From an uncultured bacterium (GTDB taxonomy: Bacteria > Auribacterota > Erginobacteria > Erginobacterales > Erginobacteraceae), in NCBI GenBank assembly GCA_964587835.1, contig CAZPMN010000004.1, positions 14,351 through 78,350 of the forward strand: a stretch of 64,000 bases of DNA, in the 5' to 3' direction. How positions within the stretch are numbered: position 1 is the first letter of the stretch; each line of letters opens with the position of its first letter. The translations under genes and the position numbers were made by a program. Shown here in pieces: positions 10,301 to 18,074 of the stretch. Under the pieces are notes generated by a model. That model was given only the letters and a program-made list of their open reading frames with translations, made no database searches and was not told where the DNA came from.

Positions 10301-10421
10301 CTTCCGGGATGGGTCGGGGCTGTGGGCGATCCGGGGGACGACTCGGGCTTACTTCGGCCGGTCCGGCGATCTGCCGGTCTCCGGGCTGTCCATCAACCCC
10401 TCAGCCGCCAGCAGTCTTTAA
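7323..10421 (+). CDS. Secreted multidomain protein: papain-like C1A cysteine peptidase, an endonuclease/exonuclease/phosphatase (EEP) domain, a CarboxypepD_reg-like domain, a Pro-rich linker, and ~6 FG-GAP-like repeats
   Basis: Signal peptide (LAALAVASILTFSPGLAAAQA). C1 motifs QGNCGSCYAFGAAAAAEG (Cys), NHAISLVGWDD (His), WILRNSWGEDWGEDGYMRL (Asn/Trp). EEP motifs LRIATFNVSVWGS, VVAGDLNF, GVTDHMAV. IRGRVYDRVTGAGI. Repeats as in the previous gene. Confidence 0.85.
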   Translation: MNRSRIKKKAIRSLAALAVASILTFSPGLAAAQADILPFQPGDTLEEIRYKIDYNGYSFTVEENRIFGLPAEEKAALFSRHLPLHPRRYSVNDEIGPLARHLEKQALPDSFDWRDYNGTGRDYIGPVRDQGNCGSCYAFGAAAAAEGTYNYAKGRFGDNRAEFSEAFIAFCLDDHYEGFAGCGGADYDYDELQALVDYGICSAAEYPYMDYQQLCPFGTYPELTKFNSWHRIPCGDIEAIKTAIMTYGVVDAAVYVGEAFQAYASGVYEDENTDCYSSPCYYTPTNHAISLVGWDDNPPEGGGGCWILRNSWGEDWGEDGYMRLRYDAARVSCECSYLIYEEPRGGPLRIATFNVSVWGSIPGVETKRTFQGLLPDIALLQEWGMADGAHLGYVEEAFGPDFYYYLGWAPGAAINREQNNGVVSRWFIQTCGDWRDPTGPSNRAAFAWAEIDLPGQNDLLAVSVHLKAGDSLDERAEREAQANAIKDYVEDYQTATGFDGYVVVAGDLNFMSIVQDAAALSVFESFLEATDHRPADHTGNQNTNSNRERPYDWLMPNALLNSRHADLTIGSGDYIYPEGLVFDSDVFWFEGGAPYPAPAYGTELWNLPPVRYGDSHSGVTDHMAVMKAFEALPEPTPTPLATRTPQLAPTPVAVLGPIRGRVYDRVTGAGISGVHVLALGSGGSAGGLSGSNGWYQTRDLSAGTYVVYADTFGQPDYRPQYYDQKDEEGQATLVVSNSSGINFPLYRRWAYPTPPPPPTPPRGPSPTPPPPPTPDWLPSWIDSADYDGDGVSEIGIFRPSSGLWAIRGLTRVYFGRSGDLPVPGDYTGDGTSDIAVFRPSSGLWAIRGSTRAYFGRRGDLPVPGDYGSAGRAGIAVFRPSSGLWAIRSLTRIYFGRSGDLPVPYNESGEKKIAVFRPPSGLWAVRGSTRVYFGRSGDIPVPGLATNPSGTVQLGFFREASGLWAVRETTRVYYGRSGDRPLVVNPVGPVQLGVFRDGSGLWAIRGTTRAYFGRSGDLPVSGLSINPSAASSL
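9672..10421 (+). repeat. ~6 tandem FG-GAP-like 40-aa coding repeats, homologous to 6482-7213
   Basis: ADYDGDGVSEIGIFRPSSGLWAIRGLTRVYFGRSGDLPVP and following units. About 75% nt identity to the units in the upstream gene. Confidence 0.7.
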
Positions 10422-10493
10422 TCCGGTCGAGGAAAAATTTTGGCCATTTCCGGCTTCATCACGCCCGGTATTCGGGGATAAACCTTGGGGAGA

Positions 10494-10535
10494 AACCCCG
10501 GCCGCCGATCGGCCGGGGTTTCTTTTTCTGGTTTT
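10494..10535 (+). terminator. Rho-independent terminator after the 7323..10421 gene
   Basis: 11-bp GC stem aaccccggccg / cggccggggtt (loop ccgat) followed by tctttttctggttttctt. Confidence 0.7.
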
Positions 10536-10543
10536 CTTCGGTG

Positions 10544-11308
10544 ATGATCACCATCGCACATCGAGGGTTTTCCGCGGCCGCACCTGAAAATACGCTGGCG
10601 GCCTTCAGCAGGGCGATCCAGGCGGGATCGGATCTGGTCGAGATGGATCTTCGGCTCAGCCGGGACGCTCAGGTGATAGTTTTTCACGATCGCGAGCTTG
10701 ACCGGACCACCGATGGCGAAGGGCCGGCGGGGGAGAGGACCCTGGCCCAATTGAAGGAACTGGACGCCGGTTCCTGGTTCTCGCCGGAATTTGCCGGCGA
10801 GAAGATCCCTACCCTGGATGAGGTGCTGGAACTCTTCGCGCCGACCCGGACTGGGCTTTACCTGGAGCTGAAGATCGACCGGGGAGAAGAAAACGTTCGG
10901 GAGGAGCTGGTACCCCGGGTTCTGAATGTCCTGGCCGGCAGAGCGGTTCCGGAGCGGCTGTTTCTGGCTTCCTTTGATCATCCCGCTCTCCGCCTGGTTC
11001 GTTCCCTGGGCCCGGGACTCCCGACCGGCTTGATCTTCGGGGAGAAAGAGATCTGGGATCTTCTTCCCACGGGGGAACTGACCGGGCTGGATGTGCTCTC
11101 CGCCCGCTGGAATATTGTTACCGCCGCCCGGGTTGAAAAGGCCCGGAGGGCGGGGAAGGAGGTCTGGGCCTGGACCGTCAACCGGCGGGCGGAACTGGAT
11201 TCAGTCCGGGCCGCCGGGGTAGATGGGGTGGCCGGCAACGACCCGGACTGGCTCCGGAGGAATATTATCCTGCCAGATGAAAATTCACCACCGAGGAAAG
11301 GCAAATGA
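10544..11308 (+). CDS. ugpQ: Glycerophosphodiester phosphodiesterase (GDPD family)
   Basis: MITIAHRGFSAAAPENTLAAFSRAIQAGSDLVEMDLRLSRDAQVIVFHDRELDRTTDG is the classic GDPD N-terminal HR(G)...E.D...D...V.HD signature. An in-frame ATG sits after the terminator; the track ORF 10322.. extends upstream through the terminator. Confidence 0.8.
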   Translation: MITIAHRGFSAAAPENTLAAFSRAIQAGSDLVEMDLRLSRDAQVIVFHDRELDRTTDGEGPAGERTLAQLKELDAGSWFSPEFAGEKIPTLDEVLELFAPTRTGLYLELKIDRGEENVREELVPRVLNVLAGRAVPERLFLASFDHPALRLVRSLGPGLPTGLIFGEKEIWDLLPTGELTGLDVLSARWNIVTAARVEKARRAGKEVWAWTVNRRAELDSVRAAGVDGVAGNDPDWLRRNIILPDENSPPRKGK

Positions 11309-12660
11309 GAAAGATATTATTCCTGCTGCTGATCGGGGGGTTGATCTTCACGTCCTCCGCCGCTTCCCAGACCCGCTGGATGCGGCTCCATCCCGACGTT
11401 TCCTGGCGGTACCTGGAGCGCTGGGAGAAGGAGCACCAGTGGCTGACGCCGGCCCGGGCCGGCCGGCTCCACTTCCAAAAGCACGAAGTGGGGAGGGCGC
11501 GCCAATTGCTGGAGGAGGCGGTGAAAGAGGGAGCCGGGGACGGGCGACTGCTCTATGAACTTGGTTACAGCTGCCGTCTCCAGGGTGATGATGAGGCTGC
11601 CCTCGGCTATCTTCGGCAGGCTGCCCAAGCGCTGGCCCGGGATAATCCCGGCCACCTCTATCATTTCAACGCCCTCTATCTCTCCGGGATAATCCTCGAA
11701 GAGAGCGGGGATGAGGAAGAGGCCCTGGCCCTTTATTCCTCCGCGCTCGAACTCCGGCCGGAGATATCCGCTCTCCGTCACCGCCGGGCCTATCTCCTGG
11801 CCCGAAAGGGGGAATCGTCCGCTGCCCGGAAGGAGATCGGGCGGCTCCTGGAACAGGAGCCGGAATCGGGAACCGCCCTCTACCTGGCCGGTCTTCTGGC
11901 CCTGGAAGACGAAGACTACTCGACCGCCGAGACGTATCTGGAGAGGGCCCTTCAGGCCGGGTTTGATCCAGCCCCGACCCACTACGCCCTGGGGCGGCTG
12001 GCTGCTCTCCGGGATGATCCTGCCCGGGCCTTCCGGCAATACGAGAGCGCGCTGGCGGCCGATCCGCACCATCGGGATGCGCTGATAGCAGTGGCCAATC
12101 TCTCTTACCGGGAAGACGACCTGGAACGGGCGAGGGAGTATTTTGGGCTTCTCTCCGAACTGGAGCCGGACCGGGCCCGCTGGCACTACAATCTGGGCGT
12201 GATCTACCGGGATCTCGGGTTGAGCGATCTCTCCCGGCGTTCCTTGGACGAGGCCCGGCGCCTCGATCCGGATATTCTCTCCTCATCCCGGAGGGCGGGG
12301 GAGGATTCCGAACTGCTGGCCCGGGCGGGGGAGAGGCTGGAAGCGGGGGAGTACCGGGAGGCGGCCCAACTTTACCGACAGTCCCTGGCCGAGGACCCAT
12401 TCTTTATCCCCGCCCATTTCAACCTGGCGGTCGCCTACCGCCGGACCCGGCAGGGGAGGAGATCCCTCCGGCAGTACGAGCGGCTGCTGAGGATCGAACC
12501 CGATTACAGCCCGGCTCGTCTCAATGCCGGGATTATCGCGGTGGAACTGAAGGATCGTCCGTCTGGCGCCCTCCACCTCAGGAGATACCTAAACCTGGAA
12601 CCGGATTCTCCCCAGGCCGATCTCGCCCGGCGCTATCTCCGCGATATGCGCGGCTGGTAA
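11305..12660 (+). CDS. Secreted TPR repeat protein
   Basis: Signal peptide MRKILFLLLIGGLIFTSSAASQ; multiple TPR units (ALYSSALELRPE..., AFRQYESALAADPHH..., ARLNAGIIAVE...). Confidence 0.7.
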   Translation: MRKILFLLLIGGLIFTSSAASQTRWMRLHPDVSWRYLERWEKEHQWLTPARAGRLHFQKHEVGRARQLLEEAVKEGAGDGRLLYELGYSCRLQGDDEAALGYLRQAAQALARDNPGHLYHFNALYLSGIILEESGDEEEALALYSSALELRPEISALRHRRAYLLARKGESSAARKEIGRLLEQEPESGTALYLAGLLALEDEDYSTAETYLERALQAGFDPAPTHYALGRLAALRDDPARAFRQYESALAADPHHRDALIAVANLSYREDDLERAREYFGLLSELEPDRARWHYNLGVIYRDLGLSDLSRRSLDEARRLDPDILSSSRRAGEDSELLARAGERLEAGEYREAAQLYRQSLAEDPFFIPAHFNLAVAYRRTRQGRRSLRQYERLLRIEPDYSPARLNAGIIAVELKDRPSGALHLRRYLNLEPDSPQADLARRYLRDMRGW

Positions 12661-12712
12661 TAATTCTTCCCGCTTTGTCGTAATCCCGGGGTGGGGGTGG
12701 GTATATTCCGCA

Positions 12713-12754
12713 TTTTAAATTCTCCCGGCCCTGACGGGCCGGGAGAATTTAAAA
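12713..12754. terminator. Bidirectional rho-independent terminator between convergent genes
   Basis: Perfect 15-bp stem aaattctcccggccc tgac gggccgggagaattt, flanked by tttt on the left and aaaa on the right. It directly abuts the stop (12755-12757) of the minus-strand nuclease gene. Confidence 0.75.
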
Positions 12755-14536
12755 TCATTCGTACTCGGCGGCGGCCCGGGCCTCCTCCTCGGAATCAACG
12801 TACTCCATTGTCCGGATCGAGGAGTCGCCCATGATCTCCGATTTCAGGGGACAGGTCTCGAGGATATCACAGTTGCGGCAGTACTTGTTCTTCTTCGGCG
12901 GGAAGTGAGGGCTCTCCTCTCCGGCCGGGGGAGGGGATTCCTGGTAGAGCCGGACCTTTTCCTTGATCTCGGCCGCCACCGAGTCGATCGCCGCCACCAC
13001 CTCCGGGATGTCTTCCTCTCTCCGGGTGGTGACCATCCGCTCATCGAAGTTGGTCATCAGCAGGGAGAGCTGCTTGATCTTCAAGCCGAAAAGCGTCTGA
13101 CAGGCCCAGAAGTAGATGGTCAGCTGATCGTCCTCATCGACCGCCTCCTGGCTCCTTCTGGTCGGCTCGGTCTTGTAATCCAGGATCTCGTAGGTGCCGT
13201 CGTCCAGTTCGTCGATCCGGTCGATGAATCCGGTCATCACCGCGTTTTTTCCCAGAGGGACCTCGAAATAAGCTTCAATCGCCCAGGCCGGCTTGAATTT
13301 TCCGTCGGCGCAGTAGTGTCGATGGTAGCGGGTGATCTGGTCCACCCCCTGTTGGTAATATTTTTCCTTCTCCGCCTCGTCCCGGTACCCTTCCAGGTGG
13401 TTGTTAAAAGCCTCATCCCAGAGGGTGAGCAGGTGCTTGAGCGACCCCTTCCGATCCCCCTGGGGATCGTAATAGTTCTCAAAAGCCTCGTGGATCGCGG
13501 TGCCGAAGGAGAAGAAGGGTTTGGCTACCCGGCTGAAGCGGCCGTCGAGGTAGGAGCTTTTCCAGGCCCGGGGACAGCGCTTGTAGAGACTGAGTTTGGA
13601 ATAACTGAGCCGGAGTCGTTCCCGGAAGACTTCCGGGGTCTCGTCGGCCACCTCCCGCGGGGTTACCGGCCAGGCCGGGCAGACCTCCAGGTATTCGCAG
13701 GTGCTGCAGAGGGCCCCTTTTTCGGCCAGGGCCGCCGGATCATCCCGCCGCCGGAGTGCGGGAATGATCCGTCCCAGGAGCCCGAGGAGGGGATCGCGGC
13801 CCTTGGCCAGGGCGGCGATATTCTCGGCGGTCTCGTCGATCAGGCTGGAGACCTGCTTGATATCCTCGGCCGTCGGCGTGACCGTTACCTTCCGATTGGC
13901 CCGGAGAAAGTAGAAGCTGACCTTCGATACTTTCCCCTCCAGCCTCTTGTGGGCATTCGCCCCCAAATAAATGATGATCGCCTGGGGGTCCCGGGCGAGT
14001 TCAACCGGTTCTAATACGTTCTTGCCCGTCTTGTAGTTGATGACTTCATAGGTCCCGTCCGGGAGCAGGTCGACCCGGTCGGCCCGAGTGCTGACAAAAC
14101 ACTTTTTGGTCTTGGCCTTGACAAAGAGGCTTAAATACTTCACGTCGTGCTTCTCAGACGAGAATGTCCGGTAAAAATCGTTCAGGATACTTTCGGCCAG
14201 GGCTCGGTACTGCTTTTCCTCCCCGGCGTTCTGGTAGCCGGAAGAATCCCAGTTCCGGTCGAGGAGATTAAGCAGGAAGTCCCGGGAGGGGAGGGGAGTA
14301 TTCCCCTCCTTGTGAAAATATTCCAGGGCGTCGTGCAGAGACTTGTAAAAACTGAGACCGGCCCCAGGGCGGGGAGCGGCCGGTGCTTGGTCGATCTGGG
14401 CCAGCTTGTATTTCAGGGGACACTGAAGAAAGGTCTTGATCTTTCCCAGGGATAGCTTGATCGCCTCCATCTCTCCCTCCTTCGGGGAATAGGCGGCGGC
14501 GCCGCCGGATTTGTCTTCTACCTGTCGCCTTTCCAA
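12755..14536 (-). CDS. Tandem-duplicated PD-(D/E)XK nuclease (two Cas4/RecB/AddB-like nuclease domains, each with a 4-Cys Fe-S type motif)
   Basis: Domain 1: CPLKYK...DGTYEVINYKTGK...CSTCEYLEVCP. Domain 2: CPRAWK...DGTYEILDYKTE...CRNCDILETCP. The D..E.(D/N)YK motif and the C...CxxC..C pattern occur twice. Confidence 0.75.
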   Translation of the reverse strand: MERRQVEDKSGGAAAYSPKEGEMEAIKLSLGKIKTFLQCPLKYKLAQIDQAPAAPRPGAGLSFYKSLHDALEYFHKEGNTPLPSRDFLLNLLDRNWDSSGYQNAGEEKQYRALAESILNDFYRTFSSEKHDVKYLSLFVKAKTKKCFVSTRADRVDLLPDGTYEVINYKTGKNVLEPVELARDPQAIIIYLGANAHKRLEGKVSKVSFYFLRANRKVTVTPTAEDIKQVSSLIDETAENIAALAKGRDPLLGLLGRIIPALRRRDDPAALAEKGALCSTCEYLEVCPAWPVTPREVADETPEVFRERLRLSYSKLSLYKRCPRAWKSSYLDGRFSRVAKPFFSFGTAIHEAFENYYDPQGDRKGSLKHLLTLWDEAFNNHLEGYRDEAEKEKYYQQGVDQITRYHRHYCADGKFKPAWAIEAYFEVPLGKNAVMTGFIDRIDELDDGTYEILDYKTEPTRRSQEAVDEDDQLTIYFWACQTLFGLKIKQLSLLMTNFDERMVTTRREEDIPEVVAAIDSVAAEIKEKVRLYQESPPPAGEESPHFPPKKNKYCRNCDILETCPLKSEIMGDSSIRTMEYVDSEEEARAAAEYE

Positions 14537-14682
14537 CCTCCGGTTGAAGAGGCGAAGAATTTATAGTAGCACGGAGGAATCGCCGAAGAAAGATTAATTT
14601 GAATTGAACCGAGGAAGGATTGTGCTAATCTTATCGGCTGGCTGTGGTTTCCCTGCCGGGGCCGCCTCCGGTAACGGCTGCT

Positions 14683-16068
14683 ATGAAGGCAAATCTTCCC
14701 CACAAAAAGATTAACGCCCCCCGGGTGATCATGCTTTACTTCGCCGGGGCGATTCTGGTCGGGACGTTGTTCCTGATCCTTCCCTTCTCGACCCGCCCCC
14801 CCGGTCCGATGCATCCGGTGGACGCGCTCTTCACGGCCGCTTCCGCCGTCTGCGTGACCGGTCTGATCGTGGTCGATACCGGAACTTTTTTCACTCCCTT
14901 CGGGCAAACGGTGATTTTGATCCTGATCCAGCTCGGCGGGCTGGGGATTATGACCATGTCCACCTTCTTCCTGATCATGCTCCGGAGGCGCCTGACCCTG
15001 AAAGACCGCCTGGTCCTTAGGGACACCCTGGGGGAGAAGAAGATATCCGGCCTCCCCTCCCTGATCATCCTGATCGTCGGGATGACCGTTTTCCTGGAAA
15101 CCCTGGGGGGAATCTTCCTTTCCTGGAGGTTTTACCGGTTTTACGGATATCCCCTCGGTCGTTCCCTGGCCCATGGCTTCTTCCATTCCATTTCTGCTTT
15201 CTGCAACGCCGGTTTTGCTCTCTATTCCGACAGCCTGACTCGCTTTGCCGGCGACGGAGTGGTGATCGCGATTATGGGGGGGCTGATCCTACTCGGAGGA
15301 TTCGGTTTCGTAGTCTGGTTCAATCTGACCCATTTCTACTTCTGGCGCCGGGATCGTCTCCGCCGGGGCCAGATCCGCCTCCAGACCCGGATCGTGCTGG
15401 GAATCAGCGGGATCCTCCTGCTGGTAATGTTTTTCATCTTCCTGGGGGTGGAGTGGGATAATACCCTCCGGGGAAGATCGTTGGCGGAGAAATTGCTCTC
15501 CTCGTTCTTTCACGCCGTTACCCCCCGGACAGCCGGTTTTAATACCCTCCCGGTCTCCCGGATGCTCCCGGCAACGCTCTGGCTAATGATTATCATGATG
15601 TTTATCGGTGCTTCTCCCGGCAGTACCGGAGGCGGGATCAAGACTGTGACTTTTGCCGTGATTCTAGCCTCGGTCTATCGAATGGTGACCGGGCGCGATC
15701 AGATCCTGCTGGGAAAGAAGCGCATTGTTGAGGAGACGGCGGTCAAGGCGATCAGTATCGCCGTCCTCTCGCTGGCCCTGATCCTGACCTCGACTGGGCT
15801 CTTACTCCTGCTGGAAAGCCCCAGGGTTGGGGAGGTCTGCCGGACCGGCTATCTGGGAGAGATTTTCTTTGAGACCGTATCCGCTTTTGGGACGGTGGGA
15901 CTCTCAACCGGGGTGACCCCTGACCTGTCTTACCCGGGCAAACTGGTGATCATCGTAACGATGTTTCTCGGCCGGATCGGTCCGTTGACTCTTGCCCTCC
16001 TGGTTGGCCGGTACCGCCGATCGCGGCGGTCGATCCGCTACCCCCAGGAAGCGGTGATGGTTGGTTGA
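14683..16068 (+). CDS. trkH: Trk/Ktr-type potassium uptake membrane subunit (TrkH/KtrB family)
   Basis: Multiple M1-P-M2 repeats with selectivity-filter-like glycines (AVCVTGLIVVDTG, LIQLGGLGIMT, FCNAGFALYS, STGGGIKTVTFA). Start uncertain: track start 14644; ATGs at 14683 and 14731. Confidence 0.8.
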   Translation: MKANLPHKKINAPRVIMLYFAGAILVGTLFLILPFSTRPPGPMHPVDALFTAASAVCVTGLIVVDTGTFFTPFGQTVILILIQLGGLGIMTMSTFFLIMLRRRLTLKDRLVLRDTLGEKKISGLPSLIILIVGMTVFLETLGGIFLSWRFYRFYGYPLGRSLAHGFFHSISAFCNAGFALYSDSLTRFAGDGVVIAIMGGLILLGGFGFVVWFNLTHFYFWRRDRLRRGQIRLQTRIVLGISGILLLVMFFIFLGVEWDNTLRGRSLAEKLLSSFFHAVTPRTAGFNTLPVSRMLPATLWLMIIMMFIGASPGSTGGGIKTVTFAVILASVYRMVTGRDQILLGKKRIVEETAVKAISIAVLSLALILTSTGLLLLLESPRVGEVCRTGYLGEIFFETVSAFGTVGLSTGVTPDLSYPGKLVIIVTMFLGRIGPLTLALLVGRYRRSRRSIRYPQEAVMVG

Positions 16069-16189
16069 ACAAGGTTGCGCCCGGGATAAACCCGTCTCGA
16101 CCCGCCGGGAGGATGGAGAGAGAGAAGGGGGCGTCTGGTTGCCATCGATTCTTTCTGACCAACTTCGCGGCGGATATGCTATTATTACG

Positions 16190-16216
16190 GTAAAATTTTC
16201 CGGAGGAAAATTTTAC
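16190..16216 (+). promoter_or_regulatory. Perfect 12-bp inverted repeat (GTAAAATTTTCC gga GGAAAATTTTAC) overlapping the trkA Shine-Dalgarno, 1 nt before the ATG; candidate operator or RBS-sequestering hairpin
   Basis: Read directly at 16190-16216 with ATG at 16218. A related motif, GAAAAATTTTAC inside a 10-bp AT palindrome, recurs at 16903-16928 after the trkA stop. Confidence 0.4.
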
Positions 16217-16217
16217 A

Positions 16218-16904
16218 ATGAAACAATTCGTTGTTATCGGGGCCGGCCGCTTCGGTTCCGCGGTGGCCGTTACCCTGGCCCAGAAGGGGAAACAGGTGTT
16301 GGTCCTGGACAAGGATGAGCAGACGGTCCAGAGGATGAGCGAGATCGTTACCGAGGCAATGCAGATCGATGTCGCCGACCCCAGTTCACTGGCCGGTTTG
16401 GAACTAGGAGAGATGGACGTGGCCGTGGTCGGGATCGGCGGCAATCTGGAGGCCTCCATCCTGACCACCCTCCAGCTCAAGGAGATGGGGGTAAAGACGG
16501 TGGTGGCCAAGGCCAAGACCAATGCCGATAAGAAGATCCTCAGCCGGATCGGAGCCGACCGGATTGTCTTTCCGGAGCGGGATATGGGGATTCGCGTTGC
16601 CAACTCCCTGATCTCGCCGACCATATTCGACTATATCCAGGTCTCGCCCGGCTTCGGGATCGTGGAGACGAAAGTCCCTGAAGCCATCCGGGGACAGACC
16701 CTGGCCGAGGCCAATATCCGTTCCCGGTTTGGGATTGATATCGTCGCTATTCACCGCCGGGCGCCACAGCTGGACAAGAATGGACAATCGGAATTGAAAG
16801 CAACCCTCCTGATCGCTCCCGAAGCCTCCGAGGTGCTGGGGGAGAATGACAACCTGGTCATCATCGGGGAAGAGGGAAAGATCGAAAAGTTCAAATCTCT
16901 TTAA
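16218..16904 (+). CDS. trkA: Trk/Ktr NAD-binding regulatory subunit (TrkA-N plus TrkA-C)
   Basis: MKQFVVIGAGRFGSAVAVTLAQKGKQVLVLDKDEQ is a Rossmann GxGxxG fold, followed by a C-terminal TrkA-C-like region. Confidence 0.85.
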   Translation: MKQFVVIGAGRFGSAVAVTLAQKGKQVLVLDKDEQTVQRMSEIVTEAMQIDVADPSSLAGLELGEMDVAVVGIGGNLEASILTTLQLKEMGVKTVVAKAKTNADKKILSRIGADRIVFPERDMGIRVANSLISPTIFDYIQVSPGFGIVETKVPEAIRGQTLAEANIRSRFGIDIVAIHRRAPQLDKNGQSELKATLLIAPEASEVLGENDNLVIIGEEGKIEKFKSL

Positions 16905-16935
16905 AATTTTTCTCTCGAAAAATTTTACTATCGTG

Positions 16936-17253
16936 ATGAGCAAAATTCGTTTTTTCCATCGCAAGGAGAAGAAACTCCTGGAGAGGCTTGAACGGGAGCC
17001 CCAGTCCCCGGAAAACTATCTCCTCCTGGGCAAGCTCTATTTTCTCAACTCCGATTACTCGCGGGCTGCCCGGATTTATGAAAACGGCTTGAAGATTGCC
17101 CCCCGGGACAAATCCCTGCTCTTCAACTATGCGGTCACCCGGGAAGCCCAGCAGGACCTGGAAGGCGCCAAGGAGATGTTCCTCGAGATCCTCTCCATCG
17201 ACCCCAATGACCTCTCCGCCCAGGAACATCTCGACAGGCTCACCGATTTCTAA
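16936..17253 (+). CDS. Small TPR-like protein
   Basis: LLLGKLYFLNSDYSRAARIYENGLKIAPRDKSLLFNYAVTREAQQDLEGAKEMFLEILSIDPNDL. Internal ATG chosen; the track start 16846 overlaps trkA. Confidence 0.5.
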   Translation: MSKIRFFHRKEKKLLERLEREPQSPENYLLLGKLYFLNSDYSRAARIYENGLKIAPRDKSLLFNYAVTREAQQDLEGAKEMFLEILSIDPNDLSAQEHLDRLTDF

Positions 17254-17277
17254 CCCGGTGATTTTTCTCTCCTTGTT

Positions 17278-18051
17278 ATGAACTCAGCGGCGGCTTATTC
17301 CGGATTCCATCATCCGGGACCGCCGACTCCGGCCGTACGGACCCTGCTGACGATCAATGTCGTCTCTTTCCTGATCGGGCAGCTGGGAGGGGAGAGGGGC
17401 TTCTACGATCTCTTCGGGCTTACGGTCCCCGACGTCTTCAGCCATTTCCGAATCTATCAGTTTGTCACCTATCTCTTCGTCCACGGCGGCACCCTCCATC
17501 TGCTCTTCAATATGCTGATCCTCTTCTTCTTCGGGAGGGCGCTGGAGGCTTACTGGGGAACCAGGTATTTTCTTCGCTACTACTTCATCTCCGGGATCGG
17601 GGCCGGGATCTGTTCAATCCCCTTTATCTGGGGGGAGGGGGTCCCGCTGGTCGGTGCCTCGGGAGCGCTCTTCGCCCTCCTGATTGCTTTTGGAGTCCTC
17701 TTTCCGGATCGAGTGGTCACCTTCCTCCTCTTTTTTGTCATCCCGGTCCGGATGCGGGCCCGGCAGATGGTGGTGATCTTCGTCGGCCTGGAACTTCTCT
17801 TCCTCCTCAATCGGGATGGGGGAGGGGGGATAGCTCACTTCGCCCACCTGGGAGGTGCCCTGGTCGGGTTTCTCTATCTGCAATGGCCCCGATGGCGGCA
17901 AAGCATCTTTTTCCGGAAGCACCCGGTCGAACCGCGGATTTCCTATCGTGAGGAGTTGGACGCCGTCCTGGAAAAACTGGCCCGGGAAGGTTGGGGGGGA
18001 TTAAGCGAGGAAGAAAGGGGTTTTCTCCACGACTCCCGGCATAATCTTTGA
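17278..18051 (+). CDS. Rhomboid family intramembrane serine protease
   Basis: Six TM segments with GASGALFALL (catalytic Ser in GxSG) and AHLGGALVGFLY (catalytic His). Confidence 0.8.
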   Translation: MNSAAAYSGFHHPGPPTPAVRTLLTINVVSFLIGQLGGERGFYDLFGLTVPDVFSHFRIYQFVTYLFVHGGTLHLLFNMLILFFFGRALEAYWGTRYFLRYYFISGIGAGICSIPFIWGEGVPLVGASGALFALLIAFGVLFPDRVVTFLLFFVIPVRMRARQMVVIFVGLELLFLLNRDGGGGIAHFAHLGGALVGFLYLQWPRWRQSIFFRKHPVEPRISYREELDAVLEKLAREGWGGLSEEERGFLHDSRHNL

Positions 18052-18074
18052 CCCGGTATCGAGCAGGTATCTTT

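Noticed and set aside
16903-16928. AT-only palindrome after trkA as an intrinsic terminator
   Set aside because: Stem is entirely A/T and not followed by a U-tract. Noted only as a motif related to the trkA RBS palindrome.
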